This document shows, piece by piece, positions 27,893 through 37,129 of a DNA stretch of 64,000 bases (positions within the stretch are counted from its first letter, which is position 1; each line of letters opens with the position of its first letter). Both the position numbers and the translations under genes were made by a program. The notes under the pieces were generated by a model, which was not told the DNA's origin, did no database searches, and worked only from the letters and a program-made list of their open reading frames with translations. This DNA is from a virus. Lineage: Duplodnaviria; Caudoviricetes. The stretch spans positions 64,001 to 128,000 of IMG/VR virus record IMGVR_UViG_2974764813_000001; one strand, 5' to 3'.

Positions 27893-28680
27893 TGGCTTAC
27901 GACAGCATCCTCAAGAGCCTCGCCAACCGCGAGGTGATCCTGCCGATCCTGGAAAATCAGATGCGCGCCGACGCCTGGCCGGAGAAGTTCACCGTCGAGG
28001 TGGACTCCTCGCCGTACTACGGCCTCAACCCCGACGGCACGCCGGACGGCTACTTCCACCCCAGCACCCACCCGCTGCGCACCGCACGCCAGCTGTACTA
28101 CGAGTTCCACCCCGACCACCGCCACCTCATCGAGCACGAGCCCTACAGCATGCAGCGGCTGATGACGGTGTCGGTGGGCTCGTCGCTGCACGCCATCCTG
28201 CAGACCCAGTTCCAGATGACCGGCCTGATCACCGACCCCGCTGACATCGAGGCTGAGTACATCAACAAGGAGCACCACGTGCGCGGGCGCACCGACGCGG
28301 TGGTGCATCACCCCACGCTGGGCCCGGTCATCGTCGAGATCAAGTCGCGCACCGGCTTCAAGTTTGACAAGACCACCATCGCCGACATGCCCAGCTGGGA
28401 GATCCAGACCTCGCTGGCGTGCGACAACCTCAGCGAGCGCTACGACACCGATTTCACCTACGCGATCCTGCTGATGGTGGAGACGGGCTGGCCGTTCCGC
28501 ATGAAGGAACTGCGCGTCGAGCGCAACGACGCGCTGCTGCGCGAGGTCTACGACAAGTTCGACCTGGTGCGCGCGGCGATTGCCGCCAACACCCCACCCC
28601 CGTATTGCTGTGCCCTCAATTCCAAAGAGATGAAGTCGTGCCACGCCCGGCACGCCTGTTGGCTCAGGGAGGCCGCGTGA
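27892..28680 (+). CDS. Cas4/RecB-family PD-(D/E)xK exonuclease
   Basis: FHPS, GSSLH, GRTD, VEIKS, Q; C-terminal CC...C...C. Confidence 0.75.
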   Translation: MAYDSILKSLANREVILPILENQMRADAWPEKFTVEVDSSPYYGLNPDGTPDGYFHPSTHPLRTARQLYYEFHPDHRHLIEHEPYSMQRLMTVSVGSSLHAILQTQFQMTGLITDPADIEAEYINKEHHVRGRTDAVVHHPTLGPVIVEIKSRTGFKFDKTTIADMPSWEIQTSLACDNLSERYDTDFTYAILLMVETGWPFRMKELRVERNDALLREVYDKFDLVRAAIAANTPPPYCCALNSKEMKSCHARHACWLREAA

Positions 28681-28982
28681 AGACAGGATTCGGTGGCCCG
28701 GCCACCTTCACCGCCCGCTACGGCGGGCCCTGCGCGGCCGACTGCGGCCAGGACATCGAGGTCGGGGACGACGCCTGCTACAACGAGGACGACCTGGTCG
28801 TGCACGCCGAGTGCTACGGCCGGGTGACCGTCGACGACGGCTACCGGCGCGGCAGCGGCTACGCGCCGGAGGACCTGGAGACCTCGCGGCTGGGCTACAT
28901 CCCCGAGGACCACTCCACCCCGCCCAAGGAGCCCGAACTGTGCATGTCGTGCTTCCTGCAGCACGCCGGTGAGTGCATGTGA
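28677..28982 (+). CDS. Zn-finger hypothetical protein
   Basis: ARYGGPCAADCG...VHAEC; CMSCFLQHAGEC. Confidence 0.6.
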   Translation: MKTGFGGPATFTARYGGPCAADCGQDIEVGDDACYNEDDLVVHAECYGRVTVDDGYRRGSGYAPEDLETSRLGYIPEDHSTPPKEPELCMSCFLQHAGECM

Positions 28983-29443
28983 AACCATGTAAGGACTGTG
29001 TGGCCGAGGGGCGCATCGAAGGTGTGCCCCAGCACAAGTGGCGCGTTGCATCATGGCCCGGCCCGCGGTGCTGGACCCACCACCGGGCCAAGGAGAAGGC
29101 CGACAAGCTGCGCACCCACGCCAAACACGTCGAGCGCACCTTCAGCATCTCCGGCGACGACTACTGGTTTCTCTACGAGGCCCAGGGCGGGCTGTGCTTC
29201 GTGTGCCGTAAGGCCAAGGGCATCGCCCGGCGCCTGGCCGTCGATCATGAGCACGGCCTGTGCGACGACCACCCGCCGGACAAAGGCTGCCCACGGTGCA
29301 TCCGCGCGCTGCTGTGCTCGCGGTGCAACGATCTGATCGGGTGGCTGTCGCCGGAGGCGCTGTTCCGCGCCGTCGCGGTGCTGACCCGACCCCCCGCCCG
29401 GAAACTTCTCGCCGAGAGGCAGGCCAAGAGTGAGTATTTGTGA
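28979..29443 (+). CDS. Recombination endonuclease VII
   Basis: YEAQGGLCFVC...LAVDHEH...IRALLCSRCN. Confidence 0.88.
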   Translation: MKPCKDCVAEGRIEGVPQHKWRVASWPGPRCWTHHRAKEKADKLRTHAKHVERTFSISGDDYWFLYEAQGGLCFVCRKAKGIARRLAVDHEHGLCDDHPPDKGCPRCIRALLCSRCNDLIGWLSPEALFRAVAVLTRPPARKLLAERQAKSEYL

Positions 29444-29546
29444 GCAGTGTCAGGGAGCCCAGCAGCGTCAGCACGAGCCGCTGCGCTACCTCGCGGTCGT
29501 CCGGCGGTGGCTGTGCGCGGTATGTCGCGAGGCCATCGCGAAGTGA
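29430..29546 (+). CDS. 38-aa mini zinc-finger protein
   Basis: CEQC...WLCAVC; below the ORF-track cutoff. Confidence 0.45.
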   Translation: MSICEQCQGAQQRQHEPLRYLAVVRRWLCAVCREAIAK

Positions 29547-29648
29547 TGTCTTTGCTCTTCTGCGTGTGAACCCACGCAGAACTACTCCGGTGTTATTCTG
29601 GTAGTCGTACAGCATTGGTGTGGTTTTGAGAAAGGTTCCCCCAAGAGC

Positions 29649-30329
29649 GTGTCAAGTCTGGGTGATCTAGCCGAGAAGACGGCCGTCGGGCTCGAGGTCG
29701 CGATGTCGTCGGCTCTCGACGAGGTCCTCGACTCCAATCCGCTCGAAGAACAGAGCATCTTCTCCCGGATGCGGTTCTCGTTTCGCTCGGAGGACAAGTC
29801 GATCCTCGAGCGCATCGAGGCCGGGTCCGACGCAGTGTTCCTGGAGCTGTTCGCCGACATGATCGGAGTCGTCGACAACTTCTACGCCAGCCTGCGGGTG
29901 CCGAAGGTCAACGACCTCGGGATGACGATGCTCGACGCGCACCAGCGCCCGGTCTGGGAGACCGACCCCGGCAGCGGCGAGCCCATCCTCAAGCTCAGTC
30001 AGCTCACCGGCCAGGACGTTGACCAGGCACTGCTGGAGCTGGAGAGGGTGCTGCTGGAGGTCACCCCGCGGGTGGAGAAGTTGCACCTGGAGGCCATCAT
30101 GGCCCACAACATCGCCAAGGACACCTACGACGACGCCTGGTTCGGCGTGGTCGAGGGCACCCAGGGCGACCGCACCGCCCGCGCCAACCGCGAAGCCCGT
30201 CAGGACCGCTGGCTGGCGTTCTTCCGCTTCTACATCTACCGCCACGCCAAGGTGTTCCTCGACGAGCTCAACGCCTTCGCCCGGCGTCTGGACAACGTCA
30301 GCTACCGCACCTCACGAGCGCAGTCGTAG
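29649..30329 (+). CDS. Hypothetical helical protein
   Basis: RBS AAAGG; coding bias. Confidence 0.7.
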   Translation: MSSLGDLAEKTAVGLEVAMSSALDEVLDSNPLEEQSIFSRMRFSFRSEDKSILERIEAGSDAVFLELFADMIGVVDNFYASLRVPKVNDLGMTMLDAHQRPVWETDPGSGEPILKLSQLTGQDVDQALLELERVLLEVTPRVEKLHLEAIMAHNIAKDTYDDAWFGVVEGTQGDRTARANREARQDRWLAFFRFYIYRHAKVFLDELNAFARRLDNVSYRTSRAQS

Positions 30330-30332
30330 GCC

Positions 30333-30962
30333 ATGCCCCGTCAGCTCCCCGATGATCCCGTCAAGCGGCGCCTCGCCGTCTTCCGGTCGCTCTACCAGCA
30401 CATGAACCACTGGCGGGAGCAGATCGAGTGCGGGCTGATGGAGGACATCATCATCGACCCCGCCAGCGGCGAGGAGATCTACTTCGGCGACCTGCTCGTC
30501 GGCATCGACGACTTGCCCCCACGCCAGCGCGAGGCCTTCGCCCTGATCTGCCTGGAGGGCTACACCGAGACCGCGGCGGCCAAGGTCATGCTGCCCAACT
30601 CGAAATACTCGACCACCGTGCAGCAGCACCTCAACGCTGCCTTGGAGCGCATGGTCATCCGCTACGACGAACAGCAAACCGGTGTTCGTCAGCTCATCAG
30701 GAAATGGAGGGTTGTCATGTCGACGCTGCACCCAGTGGTCGAGTCACATCTCAAGGACGCACTCAAGACGGCCCGCGCTGACATCGACGAGCAGCTGCAC
30801 GAGCTCAGCCTCAAGCAGGCCGACCTCAAGGCCGCCCGCTCCCAGGTCGAGCAGCTGCTCAAAAACGAGGTCCCGTTCGCGGTCAAGAAGCCCAAGACCG
30901 AGGACACCGACGCCGCCGAGGCCCCTGCGGAGGAGGCGGCGCCCGAGAAGGTCGCGGTCTAG
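30333..30962 (+). CDS. Sigma-70 region 4-like HTH regulator with C-terminal coiled coil
   Basis: LPPRQREAFALICLEGYTETAAAKVM...TVQQHLNAALERM. Confidence 0.75.
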   Translation: MPRQLPDDPVKRRLAVFRSLYQHMNHWREQIECGLMEDIIIDPASGEEIYFGDLLVGIDDLPPRQREAFALICLEGYTETAAAKVMLPNSKYSTTVQQHLNAALERMVIRYDEQQTGVRQLIRKWRVVMSTLHPVVESHLKDALKTARADIDEQLHELSLKQADLKAARSQVEQLLKNEVPFAVKKPKTEDTDAAEAPAEEAAPEKVAV

Positions 30963-30972
30963 CGCTGCGGCC

Positions 30973-31254
30973 ATGGCGGGCAAGACGAAGGACTCCTCGA
31001 CGATGACTCTCAAGAGCGGGGTCGACTGGTCGCTGGAGGAGCAGGCCGACGCGATTCTGTCCAAGGACCGCGGTGATGCACGCTCGTCGGACTACCTGTC
31101 CCAGGACCAACTGGACCTGCGTGCGCGCCGTGAAATCTCCAACCAGCTCGGGGTGGCCGACGCCGCCCTGATGCGCGGGATGTACCGGCGGGCGCACAAC
31201 CCGCTCGCCGGGACGCGCCCGACCAAGCTGGGCCGAAGCCACGACGACGGGTGA
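30973..31254 (+). CDS. Hypothetical protein
   Basis: Tiles between neighbours. Confidence 0.6.
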   Translation: MAGKTKDSSTMTLKSGVDWSLEEQADAILSKDRGDARSSDYLSQDQLDLRARREISNQLGVADAALMRGMYRRAHNPLAGTRPTKLGRSHDDG

Positions 31255-31976
31255 AAGCGGTGACGGTAATTTCTGACGACGACATCACCCCGGAGATTGA
31301 GGCGGCCGTCGCCAAGGAGATCGAGCAGCTCAAGGCCGAGGGCAAGCTGGCCCGTATCGAGCCGCGCTGCAAGATCTGCCGCGAGAAGCCGCTGCGTGAG
31401 GTGGTCAACAAGCTGCTGAGCATGGGCCTAACCCGCCCGGCCATCGTCGACCTGGTCGCCACGATCAACGAGGGCCGCGAGGGCAAAGACCAGATCAGCT
31501 ACGACAACGTCTACCACCACCAGAAGCGGCACTTCGACGTCTCCCAGCCCGCCCAGGCGGTCTACGAGGCCATCGTGCGCAAGCGCGCCGCCGAGGGGGA
31601 GGCCGACTTCGAGGCCGGGGTGGGCGCGGCGGTCAACGTGCTGTCCTACCTGGAAACCATGATGGTCAAGGGTTGGAACCACCTGATCGACGACACCACG
31701 GTGGTGCCCTACAACGACGGCGCCAAGGCTGCGATGAAGCTGCACGAGCTCACCCGCAAAGAGGCAGGCGCCCAGCAGATCGCCGAGATCATGGCCCGCC
31801 AGAACCGCATCATCGCGGCCATGCAGGAGTTCGTGCCCTCCGACAAGGTGCAGGCGATGCTGGCCCGCATCGAGAGCGGCGAGGCCCCGGCCATCGAAGG
31901 CGAGGTCGTGGACTCGGCCGAAGGATTTGATCCCGACCTGATCGGGGACGACGACGATGACGACGACGGGGACTAA
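31251..31976 (+). CDS. Zn/HTH DNA-binding protein (possibly terminase small subunit-like)
   Basis: RCKIC...ISYDNVYHHQKRH; acidic tail. Confidence 0.55.
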   Translation: MKAVTVISDDDITPEIEAAVAKEIEQLKAEGKLARIEPRCKICREKPLREVVNKLLSMGLTRPAIVDLVATINEGREGKDQISYDNVYHHQKRHFDVSQPAQAVYEAIVRKRAAEGEADFEAGVGAAVNVLSYLETMMVKGWNHLIDDTTVVPYNDGAKAAMKLHELTRKEAGAQQIAEIMARQNRIIAAMQEFVPSDKVQAMLARIESGEAPAIEGEVVDSAEGFDPDLIGDDDDDDDGD

Positions 31977-33007
31977 TGGGCACCGTACGCACGCAGACCT
32001 CGGCCACCTCACTGGATGCCGACGGCATCACCGAGGTGACCGCGACGCGCACCGACGGGATGGGCCACCGCGGCATCATCTACGACGCCGAGACGCTCGC
32101 CGCGGCGGTGCCGGTTCACTTCCACCCGCTCACCCCCGGCCGCTACCTGATGGCCTTCGCCGAGCGCTGGCACGGCGCCATCCCGTCGGAGTCCGATCCG
32201 GGCGCCTTCACCGACTACGCGCGCGACCTGACGCCGGGCTGGATCATCGTCGGCGCCAGCGGTACCCGCACCCCGCCGGGGCGCGGCATGGCCATCCCCG
32301 GTGCCACCGGCCAGCTCACCGCCGCCTGCAGCCGCGGCAACACCTACCTTTACGTGCTGACCTCCTCGCTCGACGGCCTGCAGGCCCGCGTGCAGCTGTT
32401 TCGCTGGTCGCCGGATCGTGACATCGTGGTGGCGGTCAGCGAGGAGATCCTGCCCCGCGTCGGTAACGTCGTGTTCGACCTCGGCCTGTTCCTCACCGGC
32501 ACCCAGCTGACCTTCGTCGGCAGCGACCGGCTCACCGGTCAGCTGTTCTTCGCCCGCAAGCCCTGGGGACGCATCGGGGCCAACCGCACCGCGATGCGCG
32601 GCCAGGACCGCAGCGAGATCGACGACCCATCGTGGCAGTACTACACCGGCACCGGCTGGAGCCGTGATCCCGGAGAACTGGCCCCGCTGCCGATGACCTC
32701 GCACGGCCCGGTGTCGATGGCGGCCTACCGCGACACGATCTACCTGGCCGTGGTCGGCGAGCAGGAAGACGAGCGGCTCGGGCAGGTGTGGGCCTCCACC
32801 AAGGGCCGCCCGTACCGGTCGGTGGGGGAGCCGGTCTCGCTGGGTACGACCGGCGAGGGCTACGTCGGGGCCGGTCTGCAGCTGCAGCCGCAGCTGCGCG
32901 CGCAGGCCAGCGAGTTGTCCATCCCCTACGTCACCACCGTCCATGAGATTGACGGCGACGCGCACCGGCTGAACACCAGCTGGGGCCTTTGGCAAGTGTT
33001 AACATAG
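31976..33007 (+). CDS. Beta-rich protein, possible beta-propeller (DUF4185/DUF5005-like)
   Basis: LFFARKP...DPSWQYYTGTGWSRDP. Confidence 0.5.
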   Translation: MGTVRTQTSATSLDADGITEVTATRTDGMGHRGIIYDAETLAAAVPVHFHPLTPGRYLMAFAERWHGAIPSESDPGAFTDYARDLTPGWIIVGASGTRTPPGRGMAIPGATGQLTAACSRGNTYLYVLTSSLDGLQARVQLFRWSPDRDIVVAVSEEILPRVGNVVFDLGLFLTGTQLTFVGSDRLTGQLFFARKPWGRIGANRTAMRGQDRSEIDDPSWQYYTGTGWSRDPGELAPLPMTSHGPVSMAAYRDTIYLAVVGEQEDERLGQVWASTKGRPYRSVGEPVSLGTTGEGYVGAGLQLQPQLRAQASELSIPYVTTVHEIDGDAHRLNTSWGLWQVLT

Positions 33008-33040
33008 AACCATCGCAGTTTTCATCTAGAAACCCTCTAG
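32994..33040 (-). promoter_or_regulatory. Phased 11-bp array upstream of the DUF932-like gene
   Basis: Minus strand CTAGAGGGTTT|CTAGATGAAAA|CTGCGATGGTT|CTATGTTAACA|CTT. Confidence 0.6.
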
Positions 33041-33059
33041 CAGCCACGGGAGACACCAC

Positions 33060-34058
33060 GTGAAGGTCGATGAGCTGACCACCAAACTCGCCACTCGCGA
33101 TGAGCGTCGGCTCGTCGTCAAGCTCGGCGCGATCCAGATCGCCAAGGACGCCTCGGCGATCTCGGTCGACGGGCAGGACTTCTTCCTCGATGAGCAGGCC
33201 ACCGCCATGTTCGCCAAGTACCTGAAGATCCCCGGTCCCTACATCAAGAACTGCCCGCCGGAGTTTCGCGCCCAGACCTTCGAGTTCTGGCGCGACAAGC
33301 ACGCCGAGGCCGTCACCGTGCTGGAGGTCGTCGCCGGGGACCTGGTCAGTATCCACGCCCACGGCCTGCTCATGCTGCCGCTCGACGCGGTGGTCGACGT
33401 GATCACCAGGGTGTTCCCGCCGACCGCCGACGTGCGCACCTTCATGCGTGACGAGCGCCGCCTGCACATCGACATCACCAGCGACCGCTACCTGGTGGAC
33501 ATCCCCAACCCCAACGGCGTGGCCGGGCGCCCGGAGAACGGCGACCTCACCAGCGCCGGGGTGCGGGTGCTGGTCTACCCAAACCAGGTCAAGGCCCCCA
33601 TCGCGGCGACCTACCTGCACCGCCACCACAACAACGGCGGCATGACCACCGACCTCAAGGAAGGTCAGATCACCCTCAAAGGCCGCACGGTCGACGAGGT
33701 GCTCGAAGGCATGGAGGTCGCCGCCAACGAGATCCTGACCACCCTCGACGACCAGCTGGCCCGCTACGCCAAGACCGTCGAGACCGACGTGCCCGGCACC
33801 CCACTGGCCTTCGCCATGGCCCTGGCCCGCGAAGCCAAGCTGCCGGTGAGCGTGCGCGAGTCGGTGATGGACCTGGTCAACCAGCTTCCCGAGGACGCCA
33901 GCGTCTACGACGTCAAGCAGGCCTTCGTCACCGTGGCCAGCCGCGGGGTCAAGTACAACACCCAGCTGGTGCTCCAGGAGCTCGGCGGCCGCCTGGCCAT
34001 GGACACCCAGCGCGCCATCGAGCGGTGCAGTTCCTGCGAACAGCTGCTGGCGTCATGA
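33060..34058 (+). CDS. DUF932/DUF945-like protein
   Basis: Size and pattern (LKIP..Y, GDL..AGV, NGG, YDV.QAF, LQELGG). Confidence 0.55.
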   Translation: MKVDELTTKLATRDERRLVVKLGAIQIAKDASAISVDGQDFFLDEQATAMFAKYLKIPGPYIKNCPPEFRAQTFEFWRDKHAEAVTVLEVVAGDLVSIHAHGLLMLPLDAVVDVITRVFPPTADVRTFMRDERRLHIDITSDRYLVDIPNPNGVAGRPENGDLTSAGVRVLVYPNQVKAPIAATYLHRHHNNGGMTTDLKEGQITLKGRTVDEVLEGMEVAANEILTTLDDQLARYAKTVETDVPGTPLAFAMALAREAKLPVSVRESVMDLVNQLPEDASVYDVKQAFVTVASRGVKYNTQLVLQELGGRLAMDTQRAIERCSSCEQLLAS

Positions 34059-34165
34059 GCTGGACAGTGGCCGCGGTCTTCGCGCTCGTGGCCTACTTCG
34101 CCTGGGAGCGCTACCTGGAATACCAGACCGACATCAAGCTGGGGAAGAGGAGCAAGGATGGCTAA
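34055..34165 (+). CDS. Small membrane peptide
   Basis: ATGA overlap; hydrophobic N-terminus. Confidence 0.45.
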   Translation: MSWTVAAVFALVAYFAWERYLEYQTDIKLGKRSKDG

Positions 34166-34340
34166 CCGCTTTGCCGAGGTCACCGACGTCGAGACACTGG
34201 TGTACCAGCTCGTCGGCGCCGGATCGGCCTGCTGGGAAAACCCCGGCGGCGCCGGGCAATTCGACACCGACGCCGCCGCGACCATCGCCGAAGACGGCGT
34301 GGAGCGACTCAACCAACTGATCGGAGCGACGACACCGTGA
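34158..34340 (+). CDS. Small hypothetical protein
   Basis: GAGSACWENP.GAGQFD motif; RBS GAGGAG. Confidence 0.6.
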   Translation: MANRFAEVTDVETLVYQLVGAGSACWENPGGAGQFDTDAAATIAEDGVERLNQLIGATTP

Positions 34341-34873
34341 CCAACCCGATGGCTGGCAGCGACGGTATCCAGGACCTCTACGACTCCGAGCGCGCGGCGC
34401 TGCGCGACATCGAGCGGGTGCTGCGCCAGCGGCACTCGTTCAAGGGCGTGATGACCATCGACCAGGAGGACGCGATCAAGCGGACCTTCGAGCAGGAGGC
34501 CCGCGAACGTTGCGCCGAGATCGGCCTGGTCGTCGACATCCAGTGGCACTGGGAGAAGCACGGCTGCCCCACCTGCAGTGCGCGGCAGGGCCGCCCGATC
34601 ACCTTCGACGGCACCCTCAAGTGCCCCGCCTGCGGCCAGGAGGGCCAGCGTGTGGGCGGCAGCCCCGACGTCTCCGACGATCCCGCCGACAACAACCTGT
34701 ACTGGAACCCGCGGCTGATCGTCACCGACCGGATCAACAAGCTCAAGATCGGCGAGTACGACCACGACCGTCAGCGCCATGAAATCCGCTCCGGTCTCCT
34801 GGACGGCAACGTCGGAACCATCCGCGAAGACGGTAGCTGGCGCGAGGATCCGAAGCGCAAAGACATCTACTGA
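34337..34873 (+). CDS. Hypothetical protein with Zn-ribbon
   Basis: CPTC...CPAC. Confidence 0.65.
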   Translation: MTNPMAGSDGIQDLYDSERAALRDIERVLRQRHSFKGVMTIDQEDAIKRTFEQEARERCAEIGLVVDIQWHWEKHGCPTCSARQGRPITFDGTLKCPACGQEGQRVGGSPDVSDDPADNNLYWNPRLIVTDRINKLKIGEYDHDRQRHEIRSGLLDGNVGTIREDGSWREDPKRKDIY

Positions 34874-34919
34874 CGCCCCCGTAATAGGTGAGAGACCCAC
34901 ATCACACGAAGGGGCGTCA
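34871..34919 (+). promoter_or_regulatory. Putative late promoter core (TAATAGGTGA) inside an RBS-occluding inverted repeat
   Basis: TGACGCCCC...GGGGCGTCA arms; ATG at 34922. Confidence 0.55.
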
Positions 34920-34921
34920 CC

Positions 34922-35071
34922 ATGGCTGATTTCGACGACTACGACGAGGACCCGACCGGCGAGGTGCCGACCCTGAGCCCCGAGGAGATCGCCCAGCTGC
35001 GCACCCGGCCGCGGCTGCTGATGCCCGCGGACTCCTCGCTGGTCACCGAGCACCGGCTCGGCCTGCAGTGA
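34922..35071 (+). CDS. Small acidic hypothetical protein
   Basis: RBS AAGGGG; tiles the gap. Confidence 0.5.
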   Translation: MADFDDYDEDPTGEVPTLSPEEIAQLRTRPRLLMPADSSLVTEHRLGLQ

Positions 35072-35199
35072 ACTGGAGCTGGGAGGTCCCACCGGCACTG
35101 ATCTGGTGGGGCCTCACCGTGGCAGCCGTGGTGGTCCTCGTCGCCATCGGCCTGGAGCTCGCCGAACTGATCGACCGCTGGCGAGGAGCCCGGCGGTGA
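35068..35199 (+). CDS. Small membrane protein
   Basis: GTGA overlaps; one TM helix. Confidence 0.5.
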   Translation: MNWSWEVPPALIWWGLTVAAVVVLVAIGLELAELIDRWRGARR

Positions 35200-35438
35200 C
35201 CTACCGCAACGATTGGATGATCTGGATGATCCTGGCAACACAGGGGATTCGCCTGGCGCACCGAGTGGCCTACGCCCTCGGTGCGCTGGTGGGCGGCGCC
35301 CTCAACGCGGTCTGCCCGCTCTACAACCCGATGCCGGTCGAGCCCATCGGCGACGAGGCCCTGCTGCTGGAGGCCGAGGAGGACCTCGACCACCTCGAGC
35401 CCACCGTCGGCGACGAGGACCGACGGGAGGCCCAGTGA
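35196..35438 (+). CDS. Hypothetical protein
   Basis: GTGA overlaps. Confidence 0.5.
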   Translation: MTYRNDWMIWMILATQGIRLAHRVAYALGALVGGALNAVCPLYNPMPVEPIGDEALLLEAEEDLDHLEPTVGDEDRREAQ

Positions 35439-35845
35439 CCGGGCAGCTCTACCGCGTGCTGATCACCGGCAGCCGCGAGTGGCATGACGAGGGCACGCTC
35501 TACGGCGCTCTGCAGACCCAGTGGACCATCGCCCAGGGCGCCGGGAAGTCGCTGATGGTCATCCACGGTGCCGCCCGCGGCGCGGACACCCTGGCCAGCG
35601 AGTGGGCCGCCAGCGTGGGTTTGCCCGGCATCTTCCAGATGGCCTACCCCGCCGAGTGGGAGCGCTACGGCCAGCGCGCCGGATTCGAGCGCAACCAGAA
35701 GATGGTCGACGACGGCGCCGACGTGTGCCTGGCGTTCGTCATCAAGTCGCCCGGCAAGAGCAAGGGCACCCGCGACTGCATGCGCCGCGCCAAGAAGGCA
35801 GGCATCCCGATCATCGAGCACACCCAGGGGGCGATCCGTGGCTGA
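35435..35845 (+). CDS. SLOG-family (DUF2493/YspA-like) nucleotide-binding protein
   Basis: VLITGSREW, IHGAARGAD, AEWERYGQRAGFERNQKM, SKGT. Confidence 0.85.
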   Translation: MTGQLYRVLITGSREWHDEGTLYGALQTQWTIAQGAGKSLMVIHGAARGADTLASEWAASVGLPGIFQMAYPAEWERYGQRAGFERNQKMVDDGADVCLAFVIKSPGKSKGTRDCMRRAKKAGIPIIEHTQGAIRG

Positions 35846-36437
35846 GTGCATCCCGCGGCGGCTCATCCGTACCGTGCCCGAGCAGCTCGACGACGAAGCC
35901 GAGCGGCTGTGGACCATCGCCACCGAACTGCACCCCGACTGGGAGCACGTCACGCTGCGCGACCCCATCGACCGCAGCCTGTTCCCGATCACCAGCCCGC
36001 ACTGGGACGCCTGCGAGACCGGCGCCCAGCTCGCCGACCTGGTCCGCGCCGAGGAGCTCTACTGGCGGGGCGGGGTCTACATCGACTCCGACGTCGAGTG
36101 CTACCGGAGCTTCGACCCGCTACTGGGCGTGCAAGGCTTCGCCGCCTGGGAGGACAGCGACCACATCCCCAACGCCGTCATGGGATTCACGCCCTGGCAC
36201 CCTGCGATCCGCGCCGTCGTCGACCTGGCCGTGGCCCGCCAGGGCGAGGGCACCTGGGCCGCCGGGGTCGGGGTCACCACCGAGGTGTTCGCCGGGCGCG
36301 ACGACATGCTGCTGCTGCCACCGGCCAGTTTCTACCCGTACCACTACACGATGAAGACGGTGGCGCAGCCGGAGATGATTCAGCGTCAGAACCCCTGGGC
36401 GTTTTGCGCCCATCACTGGAAGCACAGTTGGGCATGA
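35838..36437 (+). CDS. Glycosyltransferase, DxD sugar-binding (GT32-like)
   Basis: IPRRL, LHPDWE, ADLVR..ELY..GGVYIDSDVE, FCAHHWKHSW. Confidence 0.85.
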   Translation: MAECIPRRLIRTVPEQLDDEAERLWTIATELHPDWEHVTLRDPIDRSLFPITSPHWDACETGAQLADLVRAEELYWRGGVYIDSDVECYRSFDPLLGVQGFAAWEDSDHIPNAVMGFTPWHPAIRAVVDLAVARQGEGTWAAGVGVTTEVFAGRDDMLLLPPASFYPYHYTMKTVAQPEMIQRQNPWAFCAHHWKHSWA

Positions 36438-37129
36438 GGACCGTCATCTGCACGCCCTACCGCAGTGTCGACGCGCGCCGGGATCGCCTGTGGGAGTTCA
36501 CCCGTGGCTGGATCGCCGACCACTACCCCTACGAGGTGTTCGTCGGCGACCACGACGGCCCGTTCAGCCGGGCACGGGCCCGCAACCTCGCCGCGGCGGC
36601 CGCGGGGGACTGGGACATCGCGATCTTCCATGACGCCGACACCCTGGCCCACCCCGAGGCCATCGAAGAGGCCATCGACATGGCCGCGGCCACCAATCGC
36701 ATGGTGGTGGCAGGGGATTCGTTCATGTACGTCAACGAGTTCTCCACCAACCGCATCCTCGACAGCGGCGTACCGATGTTCGCCCGCCCGGCCAGCTTCG
36801 ACGAGCACGGGATCTACTCGCTGCCATGCTCGGGAGTGTTCGCGGTGAGCCGCAAGCTCTTCGACGCCGTCGGCGGCTACGTCGAGAACTTGCACGGCTG
36901 GGGCTATGAGGACCTGATCTTCCTCACCAGCTGCGGCATCTTCGGCGAGGGCAATGCGTGGGTGCCCCACCACATCCTGCTGCACCTGTGGCACGAGCCC
37001 TCGCCGCGCACCGCCGACACCGCACGCAACAAGGCGCTGTGGGAGCAGCTCGCCAACATCAGAAACCGCGAAGACACCGCGGCGGCCGTGGAATTCCTGA
37101 CCGCCCTTGGACATGAGGTAGGCCGATGA
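36434..37129 (+). CDS. Glycosyltransferase (GT2/GT7 galactosyltransferase-like)
   Basis: FSRARARN, FHDAD, VGGYVENLHGWGYED, HLWH. Confidence 0.85.
   Translation: MRTVICTPYRSVDARRDRLWEFTRGWIADHYPYEVFVGDHDGPFSRARARNLAAAAAGDWDIAIFHDADTLAHPEAIEEAIDMAAATNRMVVAGDSFMYVNEFSTNRILDSGVPMFARPASFDEHGIYSLPCSGVFAVSRKLFDAVGGYVENLHGWGYEDLIFLTSCGIFGEGNAWVPHHILLHLWHEPSPRTADTARNKALWEQLANIRNREDTAAAVEFLTALGHEVGR

Noticed and set aside
27892-28680. Cas4-like nuclease as evidence of CRISPR-Cas
   Set aside because: No repeat-spacer array or other cas genes; solo Cas4-like exonucleases are normal in phage recombination blocks.
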